From contig CP070695.1 of the NCBI GenBank assembly GCA_020353515.1, forward strand, positions 1,829,435 to 1,893,434: 64,000 bases of DNA, given 5' to 3'. The position numbers were made by a program, and so were the translations under genes. Positions 10,530-20,097 of this stretch are shown here, piece by piece. Numbering within the stretch: the stretch's first letter is position 1; each line of letters starts with the position of its first letter. The DNA is from Candidatus Heimdallarchaeota archaeon. Its GTDB lineage: Archaea > Asgardarchaeota > Heimdallarchaeia > Hodarchaeales > Hodarchaeaceae. The notes under the pieces are model-generated. The model worked only from the letters and a program-made list of their open reading frames with translations. It was not told the DNA's origin and did not search any database.

Positions 10530-12617
10530 TTGGAATCAACAACACAATCATTGGAAAACAAATTTCAACTAATTATTAACTCTATTCCAATCAATTTCAA
10601 TAAAAAATTAACTTCTATCGAACAGAAACAATTATCTTGGTTTTCAGAAGCAACTGATATCCCCTTAGACTCATTAGATACCTTCAGACAGCTTACTGCC
10701 TTACTTATTCTCAATCGACTCAGATTCATTGCTTTATATGGTGAGGGACTCTTAGATAGTAAAACAATTTATGCTTCATATCAAACAACATCAGATCTAC
10801 TTAAACAAACTTATCCTCGGATATTTATTCCTTCTATTCTCGATTCTATTGCAAATTTAAGTTCTTTGATTATTTCTTCATCATTACTTAAGTTTGATAA
10901 AACATTTCTTAACCAATCAACAAAAATAGTATCTTCTTTATATCTAGAAGTGGTAAATCAAAAATTTCGACGAAAAATGGGACAATTCTGGACCCCCGAG
11001 TATATTGCGGAGCTTATGATAGAATTAGCTTTACAAAATGATCCAAGAAATATTCTAGATCCCTGTACTGGACCAGGAACTTTTATTCATACTCTTAAAC
11101 GGGTTTCACCAGATTATTATGGTAAAATTTCAGCAATTGAACTTCATCCCCTCTTGTACGAAATTGCTAGCGTAAATTTGCACACATCTTCTTATCAAAT
11201 GGAATTGAAATGTGGAGATTTTCTTACATCCCATTCAAATAGCTTTGCCCTAAGTATCCATGATATCCTAGCCTTAACCTCTCCAGGAGGTTTGGATTCA
11301 TACATAGAGCTGAAATCTAATGGTTTTGACTCAATAGTGTGTAATCCACCCTATTCACGTCATCATGTTTTATCATCCAAAATAAAAGCTGAAGTCGGAG
11401 GGGAGATTGAAAGTGCTTTTGGAGCTAGAAAATTCAGTAGAATATCCAGTTTATTCATGTATTTCATTCTTAAATCGCTGAAATTATTGATTAGAGATGG
11501 ACGAATGGTTTTTGTAACTCCAACGATAAGTTTTGAATCAAGAAATAGCATTTATCTTAAAAAAATATTGAAAGATTGGTATAGAGTTCCGTATATTATT
11601 GTTTTTCACCATTCGATGAATATTTTCTCTGGTGTTGATACAGCTGCTTGTATCTTCGTAGTCGAAGGAAAGAGACCAAAATCAACAGATGTTACTAAGC
11701 TCTTAATAGTGAAAAAGTGGACTTCCAAAGAAAAAATCCTTAATTATCTCAAAATTGAAAGTAATGAAGCTTTTAGATGGACAGAGGGAGGTTTATACAA
11801 TAAAAGGCAAATCGATCTTGACCCAGAACGTAATTGGACACGTTCAGAAGCCTTCTTGGAAAAAATGGAACACGAAAAATTAACAGAAATCTCTACTTTT
11901 TTCAAAGTTATGAGAGGAATTGCTACGGGAAGGAATAGTTTCTTTACTTTTAATGAGGACGAATTATCAGATCATCAGATTGACTCTAAATTCGTAGTCC
12001 CTACCTTAACTAAAACGCGATATGTCCAAAAATACCTCTTCTCAAAAGAGGATTTTATTTCTCTGAAAGAAGAAAAACGAAAAAGTTGGCTACTCTATAT
12101 TCAGCAAGAGTTAAACATGATTAAAGACCAGAACTTACTAAATTATCTTGAATTAGGACTAAATCAAAATGTACATAGTGGAAGTTTAGTAAAAACCCGA
12201 AAATTTTGGTATCAAACTGAAAAGAGAGAGATTCCTTATTTTATTTACACATACCTAAGTCGTGGTAATCCGAGGTTCATCTTAAATGAAGCAGAAGTTC
12301 GACCCTTGAACACATTCCTGATGATTTATCCAAAAAGAGAGAAAAATCTTTCAAAGGAAATTCTAACCCTTTTCTGGGTGATCTTTAATTCAAATAGTAC
12401 ATTTGACTCTTTACGTAATGTGGGAAGGTGTTATGGTGGTGATACATTGAAACTAGAACCTACTGAATTGATGAAGGCATGGATTTTGAATCCTTTTACA
12501 ATAACCACCAAATCGAAGAAAAAATTACTCAAATTAGCACGCAAATTAAGATCGATCAATACAAAGGATGAGGAAGTTAGAAGAAAAATTGACGCAATAA
12601 TTGAAGAAGAACTGTAA
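10530..12617 (+). CDS. N6-adenine DNA methyltransferase (gamma class) with C-terminal TRD
   Basis: GQFWTP, ILDPCTGPGTF (motif I), CNPPY (motif IV), GIATG, and a C-terminal RCYGG.LK.EP region. Confidence 0.9.
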   Translation: MESTTQSLENKFQLIINSIPINFNKKLTSIEQKQLSWFSEATDIPLDSLDTFRQLTALLILNRLRFIALYGEGLLDSKTIYASYQTTSDLLKQTYPRIFIPSILDSIANLSSLIISSSLLKFDKTFLNQSTKIVSSLYLEVVNQKFRRKMGQFWTPEYIAELMIELALQNDPRNILDPCTGPGTFIHTLKRVSPDYYGKISAIELHPLLYEIASVNLHTSSYQMELKCGDFLTSHSNSFALSIHDILALTSPGGLDSYIELKSNGFDSIVCNPPYSRHHVLSSKIKAEVGGEIESAFGARKFSRISSLFMYFILKSLKLLIRDGRMVFVTPTISFESRNSIYLKKILKDWYRVPYIIVFHHSMNIFSGVDTAACIFVVEGKRPKSTDVTKLLIVKKWTSKEKILNYLKIESNEAFRWTEGGLYNKRQIDLDPERNWTRSEAFLEKMEHEKLTEISTFFKVMRGIATGRNSFFTFNEDELSDHQIDSKFVVPTLTKTRYVQKYLFSKEDFISLKEEKRKSWLLYIQQELNMIKDQNLLNYLELGLNQNVHSGSLVKTRKFWYQTEKREIPYFIYTYLSRGNPRFILNEAEVRPLNTFLMIYPKREKNLSKEILTLFWVIFNSNSTFDSLRNVGRCYGGDTLKLEPTELMKAWILNPFTITTKSKKKLLKLARKLRSINTKDEEVRRKIDAIIEEEL

Positions 12618-12638
12618 CCTTATTTGGTAGGGAAATTA

Positions 12639-13490
12639 TCATCCTTGGTAAACTAAAGTGAAACTTACGATCGCAAATAATCCTAAACCTTCTTGACCCC
12701 AAAGAAAAGCGGACACCCCATAGAGATCATCTACAACAGCACTGGCTGTGGGGAAAATTGTGCAATTTCTAATGGCGGGGTTAAATCCTTCTAACGAAAA
12801 TGATACTGTGGTCCGGTTAACACCATCGATCATAAAGGTAATACTTTCAGGAGAATCAGTATACAGCTCAAGTTCTAGCTCTTGGTCTGCACTTCCATTA
12901 TTTGTTAATGTGAAATTAATGTCTAGTCCAGCAGCTCCTAAATTCAATGTGGAGACTTGATAGTCTAAGAATATTGGGCCAATTGTATTTCCTACCGATA
13001 ACAAATCGGAGCTAAATGTTTGGGCGGATCGTTCATTTGTACTATCTTTAGGAAATACTTTAACATGGATAAAAATAGTATCTTCACCAGGTAATAATTG
13101 ATCGCCTATTACTGGATCACAAATCAAGCTAATTGTTGTTATTTCTCTAGATGATAAGTAAATAGCTTGGTCAGGATCCATCGTCCATCCCTCGATTGGG
13201 GTCTCATCAAGTAACTCCATTGTGAACGCATCAGATTCTATACGAACATTACTTCGCTCTGCGTTATGAATAGTAACAGAAAATTGATCGACTAAAACAT
13301 TTGAATCAGTAGTTTCAAAGTCAGAAATGCCAAGAATTTCCACTTTCATCGGTGCAGGAGTATTAATTGTACCAAACATTACCACTGCGACAGCAATCCC
13401 TGCTATCACTACCAGGCCAATCAAAAGTATTGTAGCGATGACTGGGGTCACTCCACGGGATTTTCTTTGTAACAACTGCCTCATATTCAA
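12639..13490 (-). CDS. Archaeal type IV pilin/archaellin-like protein
   Basis: Class III signal peptide KSRG|VTPVIATILLIGLVVIAG followed by two beta-rich (Ig-like) domains. Confidence 0.85.
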   Translation of the reverse strand: MNMRQLLQRKSRGVTPVIATILLIGLVVIAGIAVAVVMFGTINTPAPMKVEILGISDFETTDSNVLVDQFSVTIHNAERSNVRIESDAFTMELLDETPIEGWTMDPDQAIYLSSREITTISLICDPVIGDQLLPGEDTIFIHVKVFPKDSTNERSAQTFSSDLLSVGNTIGPIFLDYQVSTLNLGAAGLDINFTLTNNGSADQELELELYTDSPESITFMIDGVNRTTVSFSLEGFNPAIRNCTIFPTASAVVDDLYGVSAFLWGQEGLGLFAIVSFTLVYQG

Positions 13491-13725
13491 TATAATACGC
13501 CTCTATAAAGTATCTGTTTGTATTTATATTGTAATTAGTTACATAACAGTACGGATAATTTATATCAAGTTAAAGAGACATTTTAGCACTCATAAGGGGG
13601 GATGCCTAGAACCTTATTCAGTATATTTTTGATAGCCATGATAGCTTTTGTAGCTTTCTAAAAGGTGTCGATTACAACGTTGTATCTAAATTATTTTTTT
13701 AAGGACGAGAGAAAAATTAGCACTA

Positions 13726-16488
13726 ATGAATGAAACACTAGCAATATCAGATGAAGTGGCTAAAAAACTAGCTCAAGCTGCTCTTGATATTCGTAATAAA
13801 ATCACCACTTTTTTCTCACTGGATGAAGAGAAGGATGACCTTACTCAAGTGTATCAAGATATTAAAGACATTTTAATTAACGATCTCACATTGGAAACAT
13901 TTGCGGACATGTATGCTCAAACGGTAACTTATGGATTATTTACTTTAAAAGCGTATCAATTAGAAGAATTCAGTTTGGAACAGATTTTAGGAACTACTAA
14001 TTCTTTTCTACAAAATTATCTAATTAAAGTTTTTCAGTTAAATGAAGACCAACAGTTACAGACGAATTTAAATAGAGAACTTGGAATCAATACACTAGTT
14101 CAAATACTTGAACAGATTGAAATAGAACCTGTAATTCATGACCTTAGAGAAAATAGGAGATTAAAAGACCCGATAATCTACTTCTATGAGAAATTCTTAC
14201 ATTATTACGATTCAAGCCAAAAGATAGATCGTGGTGTATTTTATACTCCAGATGCTGTTGTTTCATTTATTATCCGTTCAGTACATCTAATTTTGCAACT
14301 ATTTTTTGATTGTGAAAAGGGATTGGCAGATAATTCTTATGTAATATTTGAGGGAAAAAATACTCCAAAAGTTCAGATTCTAGACCCAGCAACTGGAACT
14401 GGTACGTTTCTTAACCACATCATTGATCTAATATATACAACATACAAGGAAAAGGAAAAATGTGATAGAAGAAAATTTACCAAGCAATGGAATTCCTATG
14501 TAGAAAATACCCTCCTATCAAGATTATTCGGGTACGAATTATTGATGATACCCTATATTATCGCCAACCTTAAGCTTGGATTAAAACTAAAAGAAAAAGG
14601 ATATAATTTTCAACATCAACGATTAGGAGTCTATTTAACCAATACACTAGAAGGACCCAACAGAATCAATGACACTTTAAGAAAAGTTTCTCCTGCTACT
14701 GGTTTATTATCAATTGAAAATAAAAGCGCTAATAAAATTAAAATGAATAATCCAATATCAGTAGTAATAGGTAATCCTCCGTATTCAGGACATTCCTCCA
14801 ACAAGTCTATGTGGATTGATGAGCTTTTACGAGGAAAAAATAAGGATAACACCCGTAAAGTCAATTATTTCAAGGTTGATGATCAACTTTTGGGAGAGAA
14901 GAACCCGAAATGGCTTAATGATGACTATGTGAAGTTCATTCGATTTGGTCAGTGGAGAATTGAAAAAACTGGATACGGCGTCTTGGCATTTGTAGTAAAT
15001 CATAGCTTTCTTGATAATCCAACATTCAGAGGGATGAGACGAGAACTGATGAAAACATTTACTGACATTTACATTCTTGACCTTCACGGAAATATGAGAA
15101 GGAAAGAGGTTAATCCTGATGGATCTAAAGATGAAAATGTCTTCGACATCCAACAAGGAGTATGTGTCTCGTTTTTTATAAAAAATCCAAATAAAAAAGG
15201 ACAAACAGAGATATTTAGAGCTGATTTATGGGGATTACGAGAAGCTAAGTATAGATTTCTAGAAGCTAATGACTTTTCTACTATTGATTGGAAAACAGTC
15301 AATCCACATAGTCCTTGGTATATGTTCTATCAACTAAACACTAGACGATGGAAGGAGTATCAATATTGGTGGTCCATACCAGATATATTTTCCCAATTTT
15401 CTGTTGGTATAATGACTGGCCAAGATGCTTTTACAATTCAAGACGATCCTTTAAAAGTTCAAAAAGTCGTCGAAGACATCATTTCATTACCTGAAGCTGA
15501 AGTAAGGATGAAATTTAGTTTGAGGAGTGATAAACGACAGTGGACTTACCAAAAAGCTAAATTTGATCTTGAAAGATGTGGATTAAACCAGAAAATACCA
15601 AAAGTAGAATTAAAGAATAGAATTCAAAAGAATATCGTTGATATTCTTTATCGGCCTTTTGTTAGACGTTATACTTTTTACACAGGAATATCAAGAGGTT
15701 TTCATGAGAGACCTAGAGGGAAAGTGATGAAACATATGATTGCAGGGGAGAATTTAGGTATAATCGTATCAAGGAATTCTAGACCTGCTTCTTGGAGAGA
15801 TGTTTTGATAACTAAAGATATAATAGAATTAGGTGTCATGGCAACAAGACCAGGAAATAATGCGCCGCTTTTTCCACTATTTTTATATAGAGAAACAAAG
15901 AATGGTTATGAAAGAGAAGGGAATTTCTCAACTGAATTCCAAAGATTTATTAAAGAGGAATATGAAGAAAAATATAAACCGTTAGCAGAAGATATTATAT
16001 ATTACATTTATGCGATACTCCATTCGAAACAATATAGAGAAAAATATGAAGATTTTCTGAAAATTGATTTTCCAAGGATTCCCTTCACAAGGAAACCAGA
16101 TTTATTTGTCGAACTGAAACGAATAGGTAGGGACTTATCCAATTTGCATTTAATGAGAACAGAGGGAAAAAATGAACATAGAATCAGATTGAGAGGATCT
16201 GAAGGTCTACTGAAAGTCAAAAGATTACGTTATGACACAGATCACAAATTATATGTCAATGATGACCAATATTTTGAAGGTATACATCCAGAAGTTTATA
16301 ATTTCTATATAGGAGGGTACAAAGTATGTCGAAAGTGGTTAAGAACTCGTAAGGGGAAAATATTATCAAAAAAAGATATTCAACAATTTTCGAAGATAGT
16401 TGGGATACTTCAAGAAACAATTAATTTAATGGAGAAAATAGACCAAACGATTGAAAAGTATCATGGTTGGCCTTTGGCCTTTACTTAA
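13726..16488 (+). CDS. Type IIG/ISP-like N6 DNA methyltransferase with specificity domain; no N-terminal nuclease evident
   Basis: FADMYAQT..YGLF, YFYE.FL..YD, GVFYTP, ILDPATGTGTF, GNPPY, DDYVKF.R, YRPF, FPRIP, IGGY.V..KWL..R. Confidence 0.88.
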   Translation: MNETLAISDEVAKKLAQAALDIRNKITTFFSLDEEKDDLTQVYQDIKDILINDLTLETFADMYAQTVTYGLFTLKAYQLEEFSLEQILGTTNSFLQNYLIKVFQLNEDQQLQTNLNRELGINTLVQILEQIEIEPVIHDLRENRRLKDPIIYFYEKFLHYYDSSQKIDRGVFYTPDAVVSFIIRSVHLILQLFFDCEKGLADNSYVIFEGKNTPKVQILDPATGTGTFLNHIIDLIYTTYKEKEKCDRRKFTKQWNSYVENTLLSRLFGYELLMIPYIIANLKLGLKLKEKGYNFQHQRLGVYLTNTLEGPNRINDTLRKVSPATGLLSIENKSANKIKMNNPISVVIGNPPYSGHSSNKSMWIDELLRGKNKDNTRKVNYFKVDDQLLGEKNPKWLNDDYVKFIRFGQWRIEKTGYGVLAFVVNHSFLDNPTFRGMRRELMKTFTDIYILDLHGNMRRKEVNPDGSKDENVFDIQQGVCVSFFIKNPNKKGQTEIFRADLWGLREAKYRFLEANDFSTIDWKTVNPHSPWYMFYQLNTRRWKEYQYWWSIPDIFSQFSVGIMTGQDAFTIQDDPLKVQKVVEDIISLPEAEVRMKFSLRSDKRQWTYQKAKFDLERCGLNQKIPKVELKNRIQKNIVDILYRPFVRRYTFYTGISRGFHERPRGKVMKHMIAGENLGIIVSRNSRPASWRDVLITKDIIELGVMATRPGNNAPLFPLFLYRETKNGYEREGNFSTEFQRFIKEEYEEKYKPLAEDIIYYIYAILHSKQYREKYEDFLKIDFPRIPFTRKPDLFVELKRIGRDLSNLHLMRTEGKNEHRIRLRGSEGLLKVKRLRYDTDHKLYVNDDQYFEGIHPEVYNFYIGGYKVCRKWLRTRKGKILSKKDIQQFSKIVGILQETINLMEKIDQTIEKYHGWPLAFT

Positions 16489-16491
16489 TAA

Positions 16492-17115
16492 CTATTCTCT
16501 TCTTAACCGAGGAAAAAAGCGTCCCACTCTTTTTTTATAGTCATTATATTCTTCTCCAAAATGGTCAACTAAAATACCTTCCTCATATTTTGATAGATCA
16601 TAATAACCATATATTCCAATAAGGAGAGGTAAAATTAGAACATTTTGAAGAATCATTGCAAAACCTAAGAAATAATAGCAATAGGAAGCATAGAGAGGAT
16701 GTCTAATATATTTATACATCCCTTCTTTCTCAAGTTTCTTTGGCACTCCCCATGAGAAAGCTCGTTTCCCCCGAGAAATCCTTCCCCAAGATGCAACAAA
16801 TGTACCAAATAGAACTATTACTAGTCCCAAAGATTGGATCAGAGTATTTAGGATATCAAAAGGAGATAGAGGTTGATAAAGGAATATTTGACGATTTAAA
16901 AGAGCAGTTATAGGAACTACAAAATACAACACCCACAAATACCCTGTAGTTAAAAAAGTTATAATCATTGTGAAATTTGTTTCAATCTGATGAGAACGTT
17001 CTTTTCCACTTTCAGAATTCCTTAGGTACGTTACTATATCCAAAGGAAGAGTAACAACTAGATAGATAGTTAAATTGATTGCAAAGAAGATACCAATTAC
17101 TTGATAATCAAACAT
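16492..17115 (-). CDS. ICMT/PEMT-family integral membrane methyltransferase
   Basis: G.Y..IRHPLY, EE..L...FGEEY..Y...V.RF; 5-6 TM segments. Confidence 0.88.
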   Translation of the reverse strand: MFDYQVIGIFFAINLTIYLVVTLPLDIVTYLRNSESGKERSHQIETNFTMIITFLTTGYLWVLYFVVPITALLNRQIFLYQPLSPFDILNTLIQSLGLVIVLFGTFVASWGRISRGKRAFSWGVPKKLEKEGMYKYIRHPLYASYCYYFLGFAMILQNVLILPLLIGIYGYYDLSKYEEGILVDHFGEEYNDYKKRVGRFFPRLRRE

Positions 17116-17175
17116 AAATTTCCCAAATTCCTTTTCAACTTAATTACTTGTTATCGAAATTACTTCACTACTTTT

Positions 17176-18480
17176 TCATACCCGAATTTTTCCTGATAAT
17201 AGCTTAGGGAGGAGATTATCTCTCAAATCAGATAATTTTTCATTTTCATGTAAATTATTGATCATGTATTGAAAGAATGGATCAAAGATAAGACCAAATT
17301 TTTTAATAATATCTTCAGGAGGAAGAGGAATTTCTATAGATTCAATATCTGAGCCACTAATATTGGGTTGGGCAGTGCCCTTAGCCATTCTCTTTAAAAT
17401 TCGTTGATACTTCTTACTAGACAATAGAAAGAAGATAAAATATATTCCATTTTCTATTCTTTCTTTAAACATACCAACCCGTTGATTTAACCAGAGGTTC
17501 CTATTAGTTTTTGGAACAATACCCATTTTTCCTGCATTGGCTCCCGTCAATGCTATAAGAATAGCTCCAGAAGTAATTGATAACTTACTGTCAAGCTTTG
17601 TCACTATTTCTCTTGAAACATACTGAGTATCTCTAATATCAACAAAATTTTCTGAAATATTCTTTATTTTAATTACACCGATGGTTCCATGTTCTAAAAG
17701 GTCTTTACTCTTAAATGCATACCCAGCTTGTATTTCAACAATGTCACCTATGGAGCCAATTCGCCAACCTTGTGGGATTTCATGACCTAATTTGCTTGAA
17801 AATTTTACCGACCTCTCACTAAATTCGCGTAGGTTGTTATTTTCTTCTGGGGATTTAAATTCCTCAAACCAATGCTTAAATAGTGTATAACCTATTGATT
17901 TAATAGTTTTATTTATCATAAAATTAAGTTTAATTTTATCATCTAATATTGAAAGGACTTTTCCAATTCTTTTTTGTTCAGAAATTGGAGGATATGGAAT
18001 AAATGACTTTAGAATTACATCTGGTGTAAAAGCTGGGTAAGCTGATGTATGGGTCTCTGCTATTGCTGCTAAAAAATCTGTGTAGTATTTATTGGTCAAA
18101 TAGTAGTACAAGAATCTAGGATCAATGTTCTTAGCAGAAATCACTACGAAACCTGTAGAAGCGATTAGTTGTTCTGAACTGTCCGATATGAAAGTGTAAT
18201 GTTTCAAATTAGGCCTAACCGTAGAAATTAAAATATCATTATTTCTAACAACTCTCTTTGCTCTACTCGGGGCCTGAGAAGTAGAAATCCTTTTGACTTC
18301 AACGATTCTCCCCTCTTTAACAGAGGAAATATCGATATAGTCTATTTCTTTATGAATGAAAGTTTTATCAATATGTAATTCATTAATCTTAGCTACTTGG
18401 TTGATTCTTTTAATTTTCCAGTCAACAGGGATAGTACCTACTTCAGTTTCTTTGAATTGAGTTGTAGGTTCAGAGATCAA
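17176..18480 (-). CDS. hsdS: Type I restriction-modification specificity subunit
   Basis: IPVDW, PP..EQ..I...L..LD.KI, IPQGW, LRD.LLPKLLSGKI; two TRDs; overlaps the hsdM stop by 11 nt. Confidence 0.93.
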   Translation of the reverse strand: MISEPTTQFKETEVGTIPVDWKIKRINQVAKINELHIDKTFIHKEIDYIDISSVKEGRIVEVKRISTSQAPSRAKRVVRNNDILISTVRPNLKHYTFISDSSEQLIASTGFVVISAKNIDPRFLYYYLTNKYYTDFLAAIAETHTSAYPAFTPDVILKSFIPYPPISEQKRIGKVLSILDDKIKLNFMINKTIKSIGYTLFKHWFEEFKSPEENNNLREFSERSVKFSSKLGHEIPQGWRIGSIGDIVEIQAGYAFKSKDLLEHGTIGVIKIKNISENFVDIRDTQYVSREIVTKLDSKLSITSGAILIALTGANAGKMGIVPKTNRNLWLNQRVGMFKERIENGIYFIFFLLSSKKYQRILKRMAKGTAQPNISGSDIESIEIPLPPEDIIKKFGLIFDPFFQYMINNLHENEKLSDLRDNLLPKLLSGKIRV

Positions 18481-19939
18481 ACCCTAGGTCACCAAGATTT
18501 TCTTTTATTGTGTCAACCAATTCCTCTGATTCTTTAAACTGTTCTACAAGCTCAGTCACTAAGTGATTCATTTTTTCATTGAATGGTTCATCTGGATCAT
18601 CTGGAGTTTTGGGTACTCCGATATAACGTGCAGGGGTAAGGATATATTTATTCTCACGGATTTGATCAATTTTGACCGACCGACAATACCCAAGGACATC
18701 TATATAATCACCTGAACTAGCTTTCCAAGAATTATATGTCCCAGAAATATGTTGAATTTCGTCTTCAGTAAGTTTTTTATGGACTCTATCAACTAACTCC
18801 CCAAATTCCCGAGTATCTATGAATAGTACTTCTTTTCTCCGATTCATACTCTTTCTTTGATTAATAATCCATAAACACGCAGGAATACTTGTATTATAAA
18901 AAAGTTTGTCTGGTAAAGTCACTATACAGTCAACCAGATCAGTTTCTACAATATTCTTTCGAATATTTCCCTCATTAGACATCGTTGAACTTAACGATCC
19001 ATTTGTAAGAATAAAACCAGCAATTCCAGAAGGGGATAAATGATGAATGAAATGTTGTATCCATGCATAGTTTGCATTTCTGACTGGAGGAATCCCATAT
19101 TCCCATCGTACATCCTGACGTAAGAGATTCCCTTTCCAATCTCTAACATTGAATGGCGGATTTGCCAAGATAAAGTCGGCTTTAAGACCCGTATGTAAAT
19201 CATTCGTAAAACTGTCTCCCCATCTAATGTCACCATCTATTCCACGAATCGCAAGATTCATCTTACAAAGACTCCAGGTAGTGCGATTAGATTCCTGACC
19301 GAATATTGAGATATCATTAGCTTTCCCTCCAGAATAGCGAACAAATTCATCGCTCAAAATAAACATACCCCCAGATCCACAACATGGGTCGTATACATTC
19401 CCTTTACGTGGTTTTATCATCTCTATTAAGAGTTTCACAACACTAGGTGGAGTATAGAACTGACCACCTTTTTTTCCTTCCGCTTTTGCGAATTGGCCTA
19501 AAAAATATTCGAAGATACGACCAAGAATGTCTTTGTTTTTGTTTTCCTCTGTTTCCAATTCGATCGTATCAATCAGAACTATGAGTTCACCTAAGCGTTG
19601 TCTATCTATACCCATAAGTGAATAATTCTTAGGCAAAACTCCTTTCAATGTAGTATTATCAAGTTCAATTAATTCCATTGCTTTATCAATAATTCTTCCA
19701 ATATCTGAATTATTGGTGTTTTCTTTTAGATATTCCCAACGAGCTAGTGGTGGGATTGTTAGGATTCTTTGGTAATTTTGCCTATCAGCACTAAGATCAG
19801 AAATGTATTTTAAGAAGATCAGACCTAAAACTACAGTACGATACTCTGAGGCATCAAGGTTACTTCGTAATTTTTCCGCAGAACTCCACAATTTCTCTTC
19901 AAGGTGAAGATGAGTAATAGTGGAATCGTTGTTGGCCAT
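18470..19939 (-). CDS. hsdM: Type I restriction-modification methyltransferase subunit
   Basis: LW..A..LR, LGLIFLKY, GQFYTP, VYDPCCGSGG, ANPPF, LTPARY. Confidence 0.95.
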   Translation of the reverse strand: MANNDSTITHLHLEEKLWSSAEKLRSNLDASEYRTVVLGLIFLKYISDLSADRQNYQRILTIPPLARWEYLKENTNNSDIGRIIDKAMELIELDNTTLKGVLPKNYSLMGIDRQRLGELIVLIDTIELETEENKNKDILGRIFEYFLGQFAKAEGKKGGQFYTPPSVVKLLIEMIKPRKGNVYDPCCGSGGMFILSDEFVRYSGGKANDISIFGQESNRTTWSLCKMNLAIRGIDGDIRWGDSFTNDLHTGLKADFILANPPFNVRDWKGNLLRQDVRWEYGIPPVRNANYAWIQHFIHHLSPSGIAGFILTNGSLSSTMSNEGNIRKNIVETDLVDCIVTLPDKLFYNTSIPACLWIINQRKSMNRRKEVLFIDTREFGELVDRVHKKLTEDEIQHISGTYNSWKASSGDYIDVLGYCRSVKIDQIRENKYILTPARYIGVPKTPDDPDEPFNEKMNHLVTELVEQFKESEELVDTIKENLGDLGFDL

Positions 19940-20097
19940 AGATATCGTTTCCGTTCTTTTAATATAATGAAAAAAGAAAAATGTTAAATCTTTCTTTGAA
20001 ATGAGCTAATTAAAGACAAACAATCTACTAACTTAAAAAAGAAAAAAGGTATTTTTACACCCTCTTATATACGTAGAAGAAAAATGAAGTATAGAGA

